Shown here piece after piece: positions 39,499-50,429 of a stretch of DNA of 60,562 nucleotides. The notes below the pieces were generated by a model. That model saw only the letters and a list, made by a program, of their open reading frames with translations. It had not been told where the DNA came from and made no database searches. Made by a program: the position numbers and the translations under genes. Position 1 is the stretch's first letter. Each line of letters begins with the position of its first letter. This DNA is from a virus (lineage: Duplodnaviria; Caudoviricetes), in IMG/VR virus record IMGVR_UViG_3300002052_000004, positions 1 through 60,562 of that record, one strand, 5' to 3'.

Positions 39499-39667
39499 TT
39501 GGGGACTCACCTCCTGGTACTGATGTACCTGTGACTTATGGTTTTCCCCTTTTGTTGGGGTACAACCTTTTCCAGTGATTTGCCTGTTTGTGGTCGTTCA
39601 GTTCCCTTTCTGTGGGATACGACCGTGGGCAGAATTCACATGGGAACTTATTCACTATCTCACCTCC

Positions 39668-42600
39668 TTATGGATTGAATCCGCAAGTCATACAGTAACC
39701 GGACCGTGATACGTTACTTTCACTGACATTCTTGCTGTAAGGTTGTCCGCAACACATACATGTTCCGTTCTCGATGTTCAGATTCTCGGATTCCCAAGCC
39801 ATACGCTGGTCTTCGTTCTCCCTTTCCCAATCAAAGTCCTCTTCTGCTTGCCTAGCCGGTTTCTCAAACTTCTCTCTACCATGTGGACATAGGCCCAAAT
39901 TATCACCTCCTATAGTCTGATTCACAGGGCCAGTTTTCCGATTTACTTACACACTAACTTGTAAGTAACCTCGGTGTGCGTGACTTCTTTCTCTTCCCTC
40001 ACTATTCGGCACCTTGGTATTGTCTCCGGACCGTAGACATTCACGCGGACATTGTCTACCTTACCTCGGTAGTTCACTCCGTCTGATTCTGCACCTTTGT
40101 TGAGTCGTACGTGTAACGCCTTTGCAACATCATGCGCGTGCTCAAAGTGCGCGGTCTCCAAGTATATCTGCTCATCTCCAAAGAGATTCATCGGTTCACT
40201 TCGCAGTTGTTCGGCCAACTTTATCTTCATCTGCTTCACTTTCAAGAGTCTGTCCCGTCTTCTTCCCATCCTCTCCAATTCGTTTCCGTAGTCACGCTCT
40301 ATCTTCGCCAGCAATTTCACCTTCCATTCTTCCATTTATATCTTCACCTCCTTTGGCATGAGTAACTCCTTATGCTCATACATCCTCTCCAACTCCTCCT
40401 TCGTTCGAAGCACACCAGATTTACTGTGCCTCTCGAACTGATTGAAGGGATTGTACGCATAATGCTCACATGGTTCAAGGAAGTCCACTCTCTTATTACA
40501 CCGACTGGACTTCTTGTTCTTACAGTAGTGCTTCGGCAAAGTACTGCCATTCCTCTTCATCTCCGCTGAAATGTACACTCCCGCCAACCTTGGCGTGACT
40601 TTCAGTACATACCAACAGAGCTGGCATATATGGTCAATCCCTGTCTTCGTCGGTTCCACTTACATCACCTCTGTAAGTATAACTGGATTAGCCTCTGGGT
40701 ACTTTTCCCTTGCTTTCTTCTTTGCCAAATCAAAAGGCGTGTAACCTTTGATACTCCGATGCTCTCGCATTGCTTTCTGAACGTCGGCCCCTTTAACAAA
40801 GACCTTCCCTACTTTGATGAACTTGTTATCCTTTATCGTCTCAACTCGCCACGTCGAATCAGGAATAGGCTTTGTTCCCTTACGGTATCTGCTCTCCACT
40901 TTTCTTCCCCTCCTTAATATGGGCGTAAACTACTCCTCTCTGTACACGAATCCGTATGACTCTCTCATCGTCAAGTTGACTCACTGCCTTCTGAATGAGC
41001 CATCGCTCTTCGTTGAACTGCTCCGCTAACTCATCCATAGTGTATGCCAACTCTGGCTCCGTTTCGAGAAACTCCTTAATCCTCTCCTTCAGCTCAATAA
41101 GTTCCATACTTCTTCCAACTCCTGTGAACTTTCACGAACTTTCCTCCACACTTTTTGCATGCCCAACCGAGTGGGTGTCGTTTATTCCTCTCAACCGGGT
41201 CGGGAACTAAACGTCCTCCACAGTCAGGACATCTTCGAGCTGTCAACCTTTTTACCTTCCGAAGTTTGTCTTAGCAATCGCTTCAATTGCCGCCTCTATA
41301 TCCTTAATTTCCACTTTGAACGGACCGTACTCTCCTTTGTGTGTCTTCGGCGGTTTAATCACTAACCACCCTTTGTCCAATGATGGCTGCAATGTCACAT
41401 CATAGTCACAGTTGTCGGTCTCGTTCATACGAGCCATTCTCGCGAGGATTACTACATCATGTACCACTCATATCACCTCCTTATGGGTCTCGATATACCT
41501 TCCTCTCAAACCGATTCTGTGCGATGCAAGCTCCCTCTTCAAGTATTGCCTCCTCGAGGCTCACAGGGTCTATGTAACCTATCTCTGCTAGTTCTTGAAG
41601 TGCTTCTAACTCCTCTAACCCTTGCCTCTCCGTAATCTCTCTCCTCTCAGACGGGTCGAGGAAATCCATGAATGGGTCGTAGTCACCGACACAGAATGCC
41701 GCGTACTGTTGTGCGGCATCATCATCGTTCCCTCGCGCTCTTGCTTCATCGTAAGCTTTACTCCACTCCATGTCCTTTACTTTCCTCTTCCCCCATTCTC
41801 GCAGTTCCATGAACTCGTTCACACTCATCGGTTGCCACTTCGGTAAGTTTGGCATTAATCCATTAAAACTCACATGCTCACCTCCTACCATGTTACGTGT
41901 TTGAAATGTTCCTCCCAGAACTCATTTATCTTTACCTCAACTTCGACCCATTTGAATCCTCGCTTTGCGATAAATGGATATCCGGCTGAAAAGGCCTCTT
42001 TCCTCCCATTTGGTCCAGTGAAGTATACAGCAGCCATTTCAGCGGTTATCTCCTCGAACGATTGTTCCATATCAAGTTTCTTCAGTGCCTTTTGCCCAAG
42101 CTCTGTGATAACATACTTCGCTGGTTTCATAACATTCAAGTGTGTGCGTTTCACTAGTCCACGAATTAACAGTGTTTCAAGGAATTTTGAACTCCAAGCA
42201 GTTACCGGCCGAAATATCTCATGATTGTGCTCTTTACCATCAGCGAGTTTCCGCAATGCCCAATGATGCCTTCCAAGTGTTCTCATTTTCATACTACTCA
42301 CCTCGCATCTGGCAAGCTATCATCCTTTCAGGTGTGTATTCTTCACAGCACCAACATCTACCACAATCATGTACGTGTTTACAGAACCAAATGAGGAAAT
42401 CCTCATGCGTCTCAAACATACTCTGACAGCTTTCACACACACCACTCCAATGTGCTGTGAAGAACAGTCCACAACACTTACAGCGATAGTAGTGAACTTC
42501 TAGAACTTCTAATCTAATCGGACTCATGTTGGGTTTATCTCCTGCGCAATGTACTGGTCGTTGTTGAACGACCTCTTCTCGTCCCTCTTCTTCTGCCACT

Positions 42601-44045
42601 CATTTTTCCTTCTCCGTGCATCCCTCACTCTCTCATACACACTCCTAGGTGTTTGCTGTCCTCTGTGTGAAGGTAGGCCTCGGAGTTCATCCATACTCTT
42701 CGGCACACTTATCCCTCCACCACTGTGACTTTTCGTTGGAGCTTCATACAATATACGGTCACAGTGTCTCCGTGTTCTTCAATTTCATCCTGGTTTGCAT
42801 ACGAACACCAATACTCTCTTCCGCCTTTGTAGTTCACCACACATCCATCCTCTACTCCACACTCCGTCCATTCATCAGGGACGATGCCATGTATTGGTTT
42901 TCCTTTGCCATTGAGACTTACACAGACAAGTAGTGGTTTCCTTTCAAGAGGAGCTATCTCCCCTTTCGCTATCTTCAACTCACATCTGTTACAAGGGTTC
43001 TCATATCCATGAACGCACTTCTCTGTGCACACTTTGTCACACACTGTGCAGACACATTGTTTACACTGTTCCGAATCGTATAACGCTAACTTCGAAGTGT
43101 TCATTTCGCTAACCACTCCTTTACTACAACGAGTGCGTCGAGGAAACCACTGAAACTAACAAAGTCATCTCTGCTCCATTTCTCTAGAGTTGCATTGAGA
43201 CGTGTTCGCAAACTTTCTGGTAATTCAGCGTACGTTTTCATAACCATCCTCATCTCACAACGGGCCTCTTCTTGGTCATATCCGTTTTGCTGCAGGAATG
43301 ATATGTACGTCTTCACCCATTCCAATTTCCACACCTCGTAGCATCTTGCCAGCATCCATACATCACTCATTGTTCATTCACCTCCTATATCTCCTGTTCA
43401 TGGACAACTATTTCGAAATCGTAGAGCCATCCACCAAGTCCTGTTTCTTTCTTCATACTAACGATATCTTTGAACTGTCGCCTGCTGATGGTTATCAGCA
43501 TCACTTCCAAAGTACCGTCTTCCTTTTCATAGACCTCACCGAATACTCCACCATCGGCTCTCCGAACATATCCGACTAACTTGTTCATGGTTTTGTTCAC
43601 CTCTTTCAATTTTTCATCGAAAATACTATCCCTCTCCACCTTTATAAAACTTGCGGACATAGTTCAATCAGGTAGTTATTGTGGGTGCTCTAGCTTTCTG
43701 AAGTAATTCCTGATAGTCGAGTTGAGTGTATGTATCCAGTAAGGCTATCATACATTCCAGACAATAAGTCTTCCCAAGAAATTCGAACATGGCTAACTTC
43801 TCTCCAGTCGTACTGGCATCCCGATGATTTACACACCATACGATACTCTTCATAGGGTCTTGTTCAATTATGCGAATTCCTACGACCTGCCTATTCTTTG
43901 CCGAGCTAAACGCTTCTGTCGGTCGTTTACATCTCGGGCATGCTTTCGGGTTCTCAACTCTCGGTACCCACTTATAATGACAGTGTTTACATTCCACCTG
44001 TTGTACTTCGATTACTTGCTCCTCTTCATCGCTCAAACCTATCAC
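39668..44045 (-). other. Early-gene region of ~14 small hypothetical CDSs, including winged-helix (40880-41107, 41885-42301) and Zn-finger proteins (42294-42599, 42709-43116, 43668-44045)
   Basis: Dense co-oriented ORFs with GGAGGTGA RBS; CxxC pairs. Confidence 0.6.
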
Positions 44046-44072
44046 CTCATGTGATAAGTCTATGTGTGAACC

Positions 44073-44090
44073 TATATATAAATTTTTTGA
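44073..44090 (-). promoter_or_regulatory. BRE-TATA promoter of the early operon
   Basis: TCAAAAAATTTATATATA about 30 nt upstream of the 44045 start. Confidence 0.55.
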
Positions 44091-44496
44091 TGATGATTAC
44101 TGATGATGATGATGATTGTCGTAAATAGTGAGATATGATGTAGTCATCATATGTCGTCATCATCAACTAAGGAAAAAATATGACGACTATGATTTACTCC
44201 CACGTTCAGTAGTCTATGTGAAATAGAAATCCACGTGGTTCCGCTGCTTATATGGGCAAGAACAGGCTCCAGATGGTGGATTAGGGTTCGGTAAGACTCA
44301 AGACATGTATCTTAAGAGATGCGAAACTGTCGCTCCGGTTCCGGTCGCTCCCGTAAAAGCCTTTGTGTATGTGCCGCGCCGCTCCTACATGTGCCAGGTT
44401 CCGGCGGCAAGTGGGTTTGACGAACCCCCAACTCCCCGCGCAGCCACCGCTGCAAGGCTAGGCTGCACTTCGGCATTGTGCGAGGGTGAGGCTTGC

Positions 44497-44610
44497 TCAA
44501 CCCTCTGCACGCTTCGTAACTTTTCCGTTAACTACATCGTACTCCAGCTCTACGATGAGGTCGTGCAAATCATCGTAGAGCGCTTGCAGGTACTTTTGTA
44601 TTGGTTCCAA
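44497..44610 (-). CDS. 37-aa acidic peptide
   Basis: RBS GGAGGTGA, TTG start, MEPIQKYLQALYDDLHDLIVELEYDVVNGKVTKRAEG*. Confidence 0.5.
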   Translation of the reverse strand: MEPIQKYLQALYDDLHDLIVELEYDVVNGKVTKRAEG

Positions 44611-44683
44611 TGATTCACCTCCTTATATGTTTATTGTTGTACAAAAAAGGGGGAATTGGTCGTTGTCATCAACAGTTGAAGTG

Positions 44684-44950
44684 TTACTTCAACTGAGCGT
44701 CACCATAGTAGTAGGTGCCTTTCAAGTCACGGCATTGTAATCTTCGTCCAGTCACTGCGCGCTGTAACAGTTTCATTGTCCTGAAGCGTGATACTTTCTT
44801 TTGTACCATCTTCGTGTGAACTTCGGATACACTCCAGAACTTGCCACTTTCAATGATACTTTTGACTATGGGCGCAAAGTCAATTTTCTTTCCACCCTTT
44901 CGTTTCGGATTGATAGTGCAGTTTTGTAGTTCGGTTAGAGACTTTGGCAT
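44684..44950 (-). CDS. Winged-helix protein of the MPK(S/A)L paralog family
   Basis: MPKSLTELQ...GGKKIDF...SVSEVH...FRTMKLL...YYYG. Confidence 0.7.
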   Translation of the reverse strand: MPKSLTELQNCTINPKRKGGKKIDFAPIVKSIIESGKFWSVSEVHTKMVQKKVSRFRTMKLLQRAVTGRRLQCRDLKGTYYYGDAQLK

Positions 44951-45477
44951 TTTAATGATTCACCTCCTTCACATCTGTATTGAACAAAAAATGAGGGGTT
45001 ATTAGTTGGTTGTAGAAAGTTAATTCGTATATTTGTTTGTTAGTGTATATTAATAGTGTTATTGTAAAGTGGTCATTGTAAATGTTAAGAAAGAATTGAT
45101 TTTGTAGTGTTGTTATTGTATGTGGTTGAGTTTTTTGTTGTTGTTTCATTTTTGTTCAAGAGATTATAATACCGTATTACAATATAAAGTTTGTTACTAT
45201 GATTGAAATATGATACAACTATGATATATTACACAATATTATGCGGTTTAAGTCGACAGATTGTCGGTCAAAGAACTCTTAAGTCTTAAGTCTTGTATCG
45301 TAAGATTTGCTAGACGACTTTGCCATTTTTTTTAAGCCTCTCGCCTCTCCTGAGACACACGACTTGAGTCGTACGACTTGCGATACGTGAGCTAAAAAGT
45401 ATAGGAGCTATGTCTTATGTCTTATGTCAGGTCGAACATGACATATGTCACATGTCAGGACACTCATGACTCATATC

Positions 45478-45675
45478 GTAAGATTTAAGATAAGGGTGGT
45501 TGGAGAATGGAAGTGGTAGTGGATAGTAGTTTGGTTGTTTAGGTTTGTGGAGTGGTAATGGAAAGTGGAGTGGAGTTGGAGAATGGTGTAGTAGAATTGG
45601 ATGTGGAAGTGGATTAGTAATGTGTGGGATAGTGGGTATGGAGAGGATGGATATGGAGTGGTAATTAGTAGTGGT
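45478..45675. repeat. 198-nt cytosine-free, GG-rich low-complexity tract
   Basis: No C on the + strand between 45477 and 45676; recurrent TGGA/GTGG units. Confidence 0.9.
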
Positions 45676-45890
45676 CATCGTACGTCTTATGACTTGTGTA
45701 ATGAGTCTTATATCTTACTTAACAAAAAACATGTCGCAAGATATGAGATACGAGACCGAGGCAGCTTTTCCCCTACTGGTTTCTCATAAAAAGTCATCCG
45801 AACCCTATCTTGCACTTGGTTTCCCTGAAGTTATCCCATCAGAACACACCATTCACTGTCTACACTCCTCACACTGTACTCTCCCTCCAC

Positions 45891-45906
45891 GTAACATTTA
45901 AATATA
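45891..45906 (+). promoter_or_regulatory. TATA box of the late (packaging) operon
   Basis: GTAACATTTAAATATA about 50 nt upstream of the terS ATG. Confidence 0.5.
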
Positions 45907-45954
45907 TGCTCACCTAAAATATACTCGACAGAACTCTCTAACCGAGGTGGGAAC

Positions 45955-46476
45955 ATGGGAGATTGTAAAGTCTGCAACCATCCGAGAGCTACAGAGATAA
46001 TGCAGAAAGTCTTCGCCGGCGAAATGAATTACACTGATGCAGCGAAGGAATTCAACATACCCGTACCGACAGTGTGGAACTGTTTCAAAGAACACTGGCA
46101 ACAGGAAATCACGGACAAAGGAGTAGCATTAACGCTTAAAGACGTAAAGAATCCAGATGACTTTGTTACCGTACTGAAGGGATTCATTGCTAAGCTTATC
46201 AAGCAAGTAGATGATGCGATGGGTCAACCAGCAAATACATATAATGCCACTGCTGTGACGAAGCTTTCGAAAGAACTTCGAGAGATGATGAGAGACATTC
46301 TTGAGTTCGAGGGAAAGCTCAAAACAGGACCACTTGTGCAACTTAACGTTCTGCAAACACAATTCACGAAGCTCACATCTGTAATCTTCTCTGAAATGTG
46401 TTCCGAATGTCAAGCAAAACTTCTCAAAGTTCTACCAGAACTTACAGAAACTCAGCCTCCGACAATTACTGCATAG
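45955..46476 (+). CDS. Putative terminase small subunit
   Basis: CxxCxH plus HTH N-terminus and helical body; first gene of the late operon, upstream of terL. Confidence 0.55.
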   Translation: MGDCKVCNHPRATEIMQKVFAGEMNYTDAAKEFNIPVPTVWNCFKEHWQQEITDKGVALTLKDVKNPDDFVTVLKGFIAKLIKQVDDAMGQPANTYNATAVTKLSKELREMMRDILEFEGKLKTGPLVQLNVLQTQFTKLTSVIFSEMCSECQAKLLKVLPELTETQPPTITA

Positions 46477-46487
46477 GAGTTAATCAA

Positions 46488-46913
46488 ATGGAACGTCCAC
46501 ATCTGTGTCCAGACGAAACATGCAACCCTCTGTATTGTAATTATGATAGAAGGAATTTTGACAAAGGATACTCATACTTCTGTTGGGGTAAGATAAAGAA
46601 AGAGCATGTTTTCGTTGCAGGTGAAGTAGAACATAAGAATCAATTCCATCAGTGTATCTACACGCCTCTCAAAGGTCACATAGTATTCTTCATAACCACA
46701 GATGACGCATGGACAGATTTTCTCGGTTCTTGTACAGTTATGGATTTCGAGGAAGAGCTTGTCTGTGATGAATGTGGACCGATTAGTAGAGCGAGCAGCA
46801 ATTTGCATGCCTTTCCTAAGGAGGGCACTAAACTTTGCTCGAAATGTGCAGTACGGTTAGGAAAACTTACGTGGCATCCTGAGAAAAAGAGGTATTGGTA
46901 TGAATCAACTTAA
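46488..46913 (+). CDS. Cys-rich Zn-finger protein
   Basis: RBS GGAG before ATG 46488; multiple Cys pairs. Confidence 0.6.
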   Translation: MERPHLCPDETCNPLYCNYDRRNFDKGYSYFCWGKIKKEHVFVAGEVEHKNQFHQCIYTPLKGHIVFFITTDDAWTDFLGSCTVMDFEEELVCDECGPISRASSNLHAFPKEGTKLCSKCAVRLGKLTWHPEKKRYWYEST

Positions 46914-48360
46914 AAGACTGCAACTTATTCTCAAAGCGAAGCAGGACCCTAATTTTTTCCTCTCGGAACCGTACTTTATCGGAGATTTCGACCCTTACCC
47001 TGTCCAGAGAGAAGTTTTTTGTGACTTTTACAACGGAAAGTTTAAAGAACTTGACATGGTAGCTGGAATGGGCGGAGGAAAGTCTGCACTTGGCTCATTT
47101 TTCATCGCATACGATGCAATGGACATACTTGTTCGCCAAGACCCTGCGAAGGACTATGGTTTATCCTCACACTCACTCATCACGCAATTTGCAATTGCAA
47201 GAAGTCAAGACCAAGCAGCTGATACGGTATTCGCGGAAGTACAGGAAAGGATGCGTGCACCGTTCTTTATGGAATATCGTCCGAAGATAAAAGAATACAG
47301 CGTAACCTTTCGGAAGCATCGTGATTTAGAGATACACGCAGGAGGAGCTGTTTCTGCTGGTTCACTCATGGGCCGGAACTTGAAAACAGTAGTGTTCGAC
47401 GAAATTACCTCGTACGATGAGACAAAATCCCAAAGAGGTGCTTGGCAGGTATACACGCGCTTACGGAAGTCAACGAATCGATTTGGCTTTGACGGACATG
47501 TACTTGCAATAAGTATGTGTTGGCACGATAATGACATCATCATGACTCTTGTAAGACGGAACGCAAATGACCCTCATACGCTCACACGCAGCTACACAAC
47601 ATGGGAGATGAATCCGAATAAACCGTTTAATTCTCCGGAGATGCAGGCTGAGTTGAAGCAAGACCCAGCGACATTCTGGAGAGATTATGGTATCAAGCCC
47701 CATATGGCTCTTGAAACATACTACCCAGACCTTACTGTGATAAACTTCGGTGGAAGAGAAAATGTATTCGCAAACCTTCAAGTGAATTTTGAGAACATAG
47801 AAGTTCTTGACAGGAAAGAAATTGGAGTCATTCCGGTTGAATCCGGGCATACATACATTCTTTCCGCTGACCCGAGCGTAAACAACTGCCGATTTGGTCT
47901 CGCGTTACTACACGTAGAGGGAAAGAAAGTCATCATAGATGGTCTGTTTCGACTCGTACCTAAGGAGAAAGGTAAAGAACTCAACCCGTACAAAGTTCGA
48001 AAACTGCTCGTTGCCATCTGTAAGACCTTCCCGGTGGTGTATTTCATCACTGACCAATGGGCATATAATGAGGCAATCGCTGATATAAAGAACCTTGGGG
48101 TTAGAGTTCTGTTCAAACCGTTGCGCAAAGAAGAGCACGATGAGGTTAAGAGTGCTTTCTTTGACAAAACCTTAGAATTATGCGAGTACGAACCAATATT
48201 AGAGGAGTTCAAACAGATGCTGGTGCTAGATAGTAAACGCATAGGTATGATTCGCGGCGGGTACATCGACACCGTTGATGCCCTTACCCGCGGATACTGG
48301 GCGATAAAGGAACACATGATGAATCGTCCATATCTACCAATTGCCGTGGAGGTGATATAA
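46900..48360 (+). CDS. terL: Terminase large subunit
   Basis: PVQ, Walker A GMGGGKS, Walker B VVFDE, TWEMNP, RNase H-like SADPS, TDQW, DTVDA. Confidence 0.9.
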   Translation: MNQLKRLQLILKAKQDPNFFLSEPYFIGDFDPYPVQREVFCDFYNGKFKELDMVAGMGGGKSALGSFFIAYDAMDILVRQDPAKDYGLSSHSLITQFAIARSQDQAADTVFAEVQERMRAPFFMEYRPKIKEYSVTFRKHRDLEIHAGGAVSAGSLMGRNLKTVVFDEITSYDETKSQRGAWQVYTRLRKSTNRFGFDGHVLAISMCWHDNDIIMTLVRRNANDPHTLTRSYTTWEMNPNKPFNSPEMQAELKQDPATFWRDYGIKPHMALETYYPDLTVINFGGRENVFANLQVNFENIEVLDRKEIGVIPVESGHTYILSADPSVNNCRFGLALLHVEGKKVIIDGLFRLVPKEKGKELNPYKVRKLLVAICKTFPVVYFITDQWAYNEAIADIKNLGVRVLFKPLRKEEHDEVKSAFFDKTLELCEYEPILEEFKQMLVLDSKRIGMIRGGYIDTVDALTRGYWAIKEHMMNRPYLPIAVEVI

Positions 48361-49821
48361 TTGCCAGTAACGAGAAAATTCCTGTCAAGTCTCCCTCCAA
48401 GGAAGGTGCAATTACAAGATACAATCAGTGGTCCGCCGATAATTCAAGCTCTAGAGTCCGCACTTCAACCAATGCAAGGGACTAGGAATCGTTATAAGAC
48501 TTACCAGAGTTTTCTTCGAATGGACCCAGAGATAAATAACGCCGTGACGAGACTTTCTCTACTTGTACAGTTCGCGTACAAAGGTGTAGTCATTCGTGCA
48601 GGGAAAGAACTCACTACAGACGAAGAGACATTGCTGAAAAATGCAAAGGACTTTGCAAAAACCATGGACTTCCGTGGAAGATTCTTCTACATTGCGAAAC
48701 ACCTTCTCCGTGATGGTGATGAAGTTTTCGTTACACACACGGATAATGCTGCAGCAGCCAACCTTGGTGTGCAACAAATTCAACCGTTGCCGATTACGAA
48801 GTTAACAGGAGTGACCGATGAGGGTCAGATAGGTAAAACAGATACAAATATCGTCGGTCCTGCAATGATTTACGTAGTGAATGAGAGCGACGAGTCAAAG
48901 CGACAAAAGTTCCCACAGAATGATAAGCAGAAAGTATATCATGTCGCATTGGATAATCATGCTGAGGAAATATATGACAACATGGGAAGATACACTTTCG
49001 GTGTTTGGTCAGAAAGTCCCTTAGAAGCTCTTCGTACGAGGGTTCTCTGGAAACAAGCGATACTTATCGCAGACATTCTCTGGCGATATAGAAATGTGCC
49101 GAGAGAGGTGCATGAACTTGACGTGTCGATGTTTAAACCAGAGGATTTCACAGGAGAAACCCCTGCTGCACGATTGTCAAACTACCAGACAGCTATACGA
49201 GCCTACCTTAGAGCGTACGCGGATGAGATTAAGAAGAAGAAAGTTGACCAAGGGTATGTTATCCCATCAGGTACGAAGATTTACTACACTGAACCGAAAC
49301 GCGTTGCGTACACTTCACCGAATGAAGTTATTGACCAGATTAATGAGAGTATTATCAAAGGGTTGTCTGCATATGACGTTGAAGCGGGAACATATGCGAC
49401 GGCACTTGTTGTGAGTTCATATGTCGTACTTCTGCCAGACTTGATAGCTGTGAAGATTAAGGACATCCTTCTAGAGGTTCTTAAAATGCATTTACGCAAG
49501 AAACACAATACGACAGATGAAAATCTCGAGAAGGTTGATATTAGGATTTCACTGGTACTTGACATCTTCAGAGGAGAACTAATTCGTCAAATGGCATTGC
49601 TCGCTGCAACAGGAACGCAAACAATCGATGAGTTGCGTGATTATATCGGACAAGACCCGATAACTGATAAGCAAGCTGAGCGGCTCATAGAAATTGTCGG
49701 TAAAGGTCGCAGTGGGCAATATGTGCAAACTCTTCTTGACTTACTCCGTGATTCTGAACGGAGAACAGAACCTCGGGAAACTACTCCTGAGTCGAAGAGA
49801 GAAATACAGGAAACCACTTAA
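48361..49821 (+). CDS. Portal protein
   Basis: 486 aa directly after terL; MDPEI, LLRDGD, GVWSESPLE, TIDELR. Confidence 0.8.
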   Translation: MPVTRKFLSSLPPRKVQLQDTISGPPIIQALESALQPMQGTRNRYKTYQSFLRMDPEINNAVTRLSLLVQFAYKGVVIRAGKELTTDEETLLKNAKDFAKTMDFRGRFFYIAKHLLRDGDEVFVTHTDNAAAANLGVQQIQPLPITKLTGVTDEGQIGKTDTNIVGPAMIYVVNESDESKRQKFPQNDKQKVYHVALDNHAEEIYDNMGRYTFGVWSESPLEALRTRVLWKQAILIADILWRYRNVPREVHELDVSMFKPEDFTGETPAARLSNYQTAIRAYLRAYADEIKKKKVDQGYVIPSGTKIYYTEPKRVAYTSPNEVIDQINESIIKGLSAYDVEAGTYATALVVSSYVVLLPDLIAVKIKDILLEVLKMHLRKKHNTTDENLEKVDIRISLVLDIFRGELIRQMALLAATGTQTIDELRDYIGQDPITDKQAERLIEIVGKGRSGQYVQTLLDLLRDSERRTEPRETTPESKREIQETT

Positions 49822-49835
49822 ATGGGGGTGAAAAT

Positions 49836-50429
49836 ATGGTAGCTACGGTAAGTATTTATTTCGATACTGGTGGTTCAGATGCTGCACCGGCAACTGAAAC
49901 AGATGTTGACGTTCTCGGTCCTCCGAATCTTCGGTTTAAGTTAGCTGACAACCCAACGATAGATACTAATGATAAGCTTGTCATTCCAGCTTCCGGTGAT
50001 TACTACAGTATGTGGAAACAAATCTATCTGTATTGCGATAACCCTGATGGTAACTCAATTGATAACTTGAGGCTCTACTCTGATGGTACTAATAACTTTG
50101 GTACTGGCGTTGACCTAGAGGTGGGTACAACTTCTCCATTCCCTGAGAAAACGAATACTTCCGATGCAGGGTATGAGGTTGCAACGAAAACAGGCGATAG
50201 CGGAGATGAAATGACTGCAAATCACGCTGGTGTATCTGCAAAGGCAAGCATATTCACATACTCTGAAGGTTCGCCGCTGTCTCTGACAATTAGTGAGTCA
50301 GGCGGTGTGATTGATGCTGCAGGTGAAACAAGCGACTACTTTGTTCTACAGATGAAAATCTCTGATACCGCAGGTCCAGGTGAACTACCGGTTGATGAAC
50401 AGTTGACAATAAAGTACGATGAATCCTGA
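49836..50429 (+). CDS. Putative virion structural protein
   Basis: Acidic, Thr/Ser/Gly-rich beta protein in the head module; ends YDES. Confidence 0.55.
   Translation: MVATVSIYFDTGGSDAAPATETDVDVLGPPNLRFKLADNPTIDTNDKLVIPASGDYYSMWKQIYLYCDNPDGNSIDNLRLYSDGTNNFGTGVDLEVGTTSPFPEKTNTSDAGYEVATKTGDSGDEMTANHAGVSAKASIFTYSEGSPLSLTISESGGVIDAAGETSDYFVLQMKISDTAGPGELPVDEQLTIKYDES

Noticed and set aside
45448-45789. ORFs across the C-free tract
   Set aside because: Their Pro/His- or Trp/Gly-rich translations simply reflect the nucleotide bias
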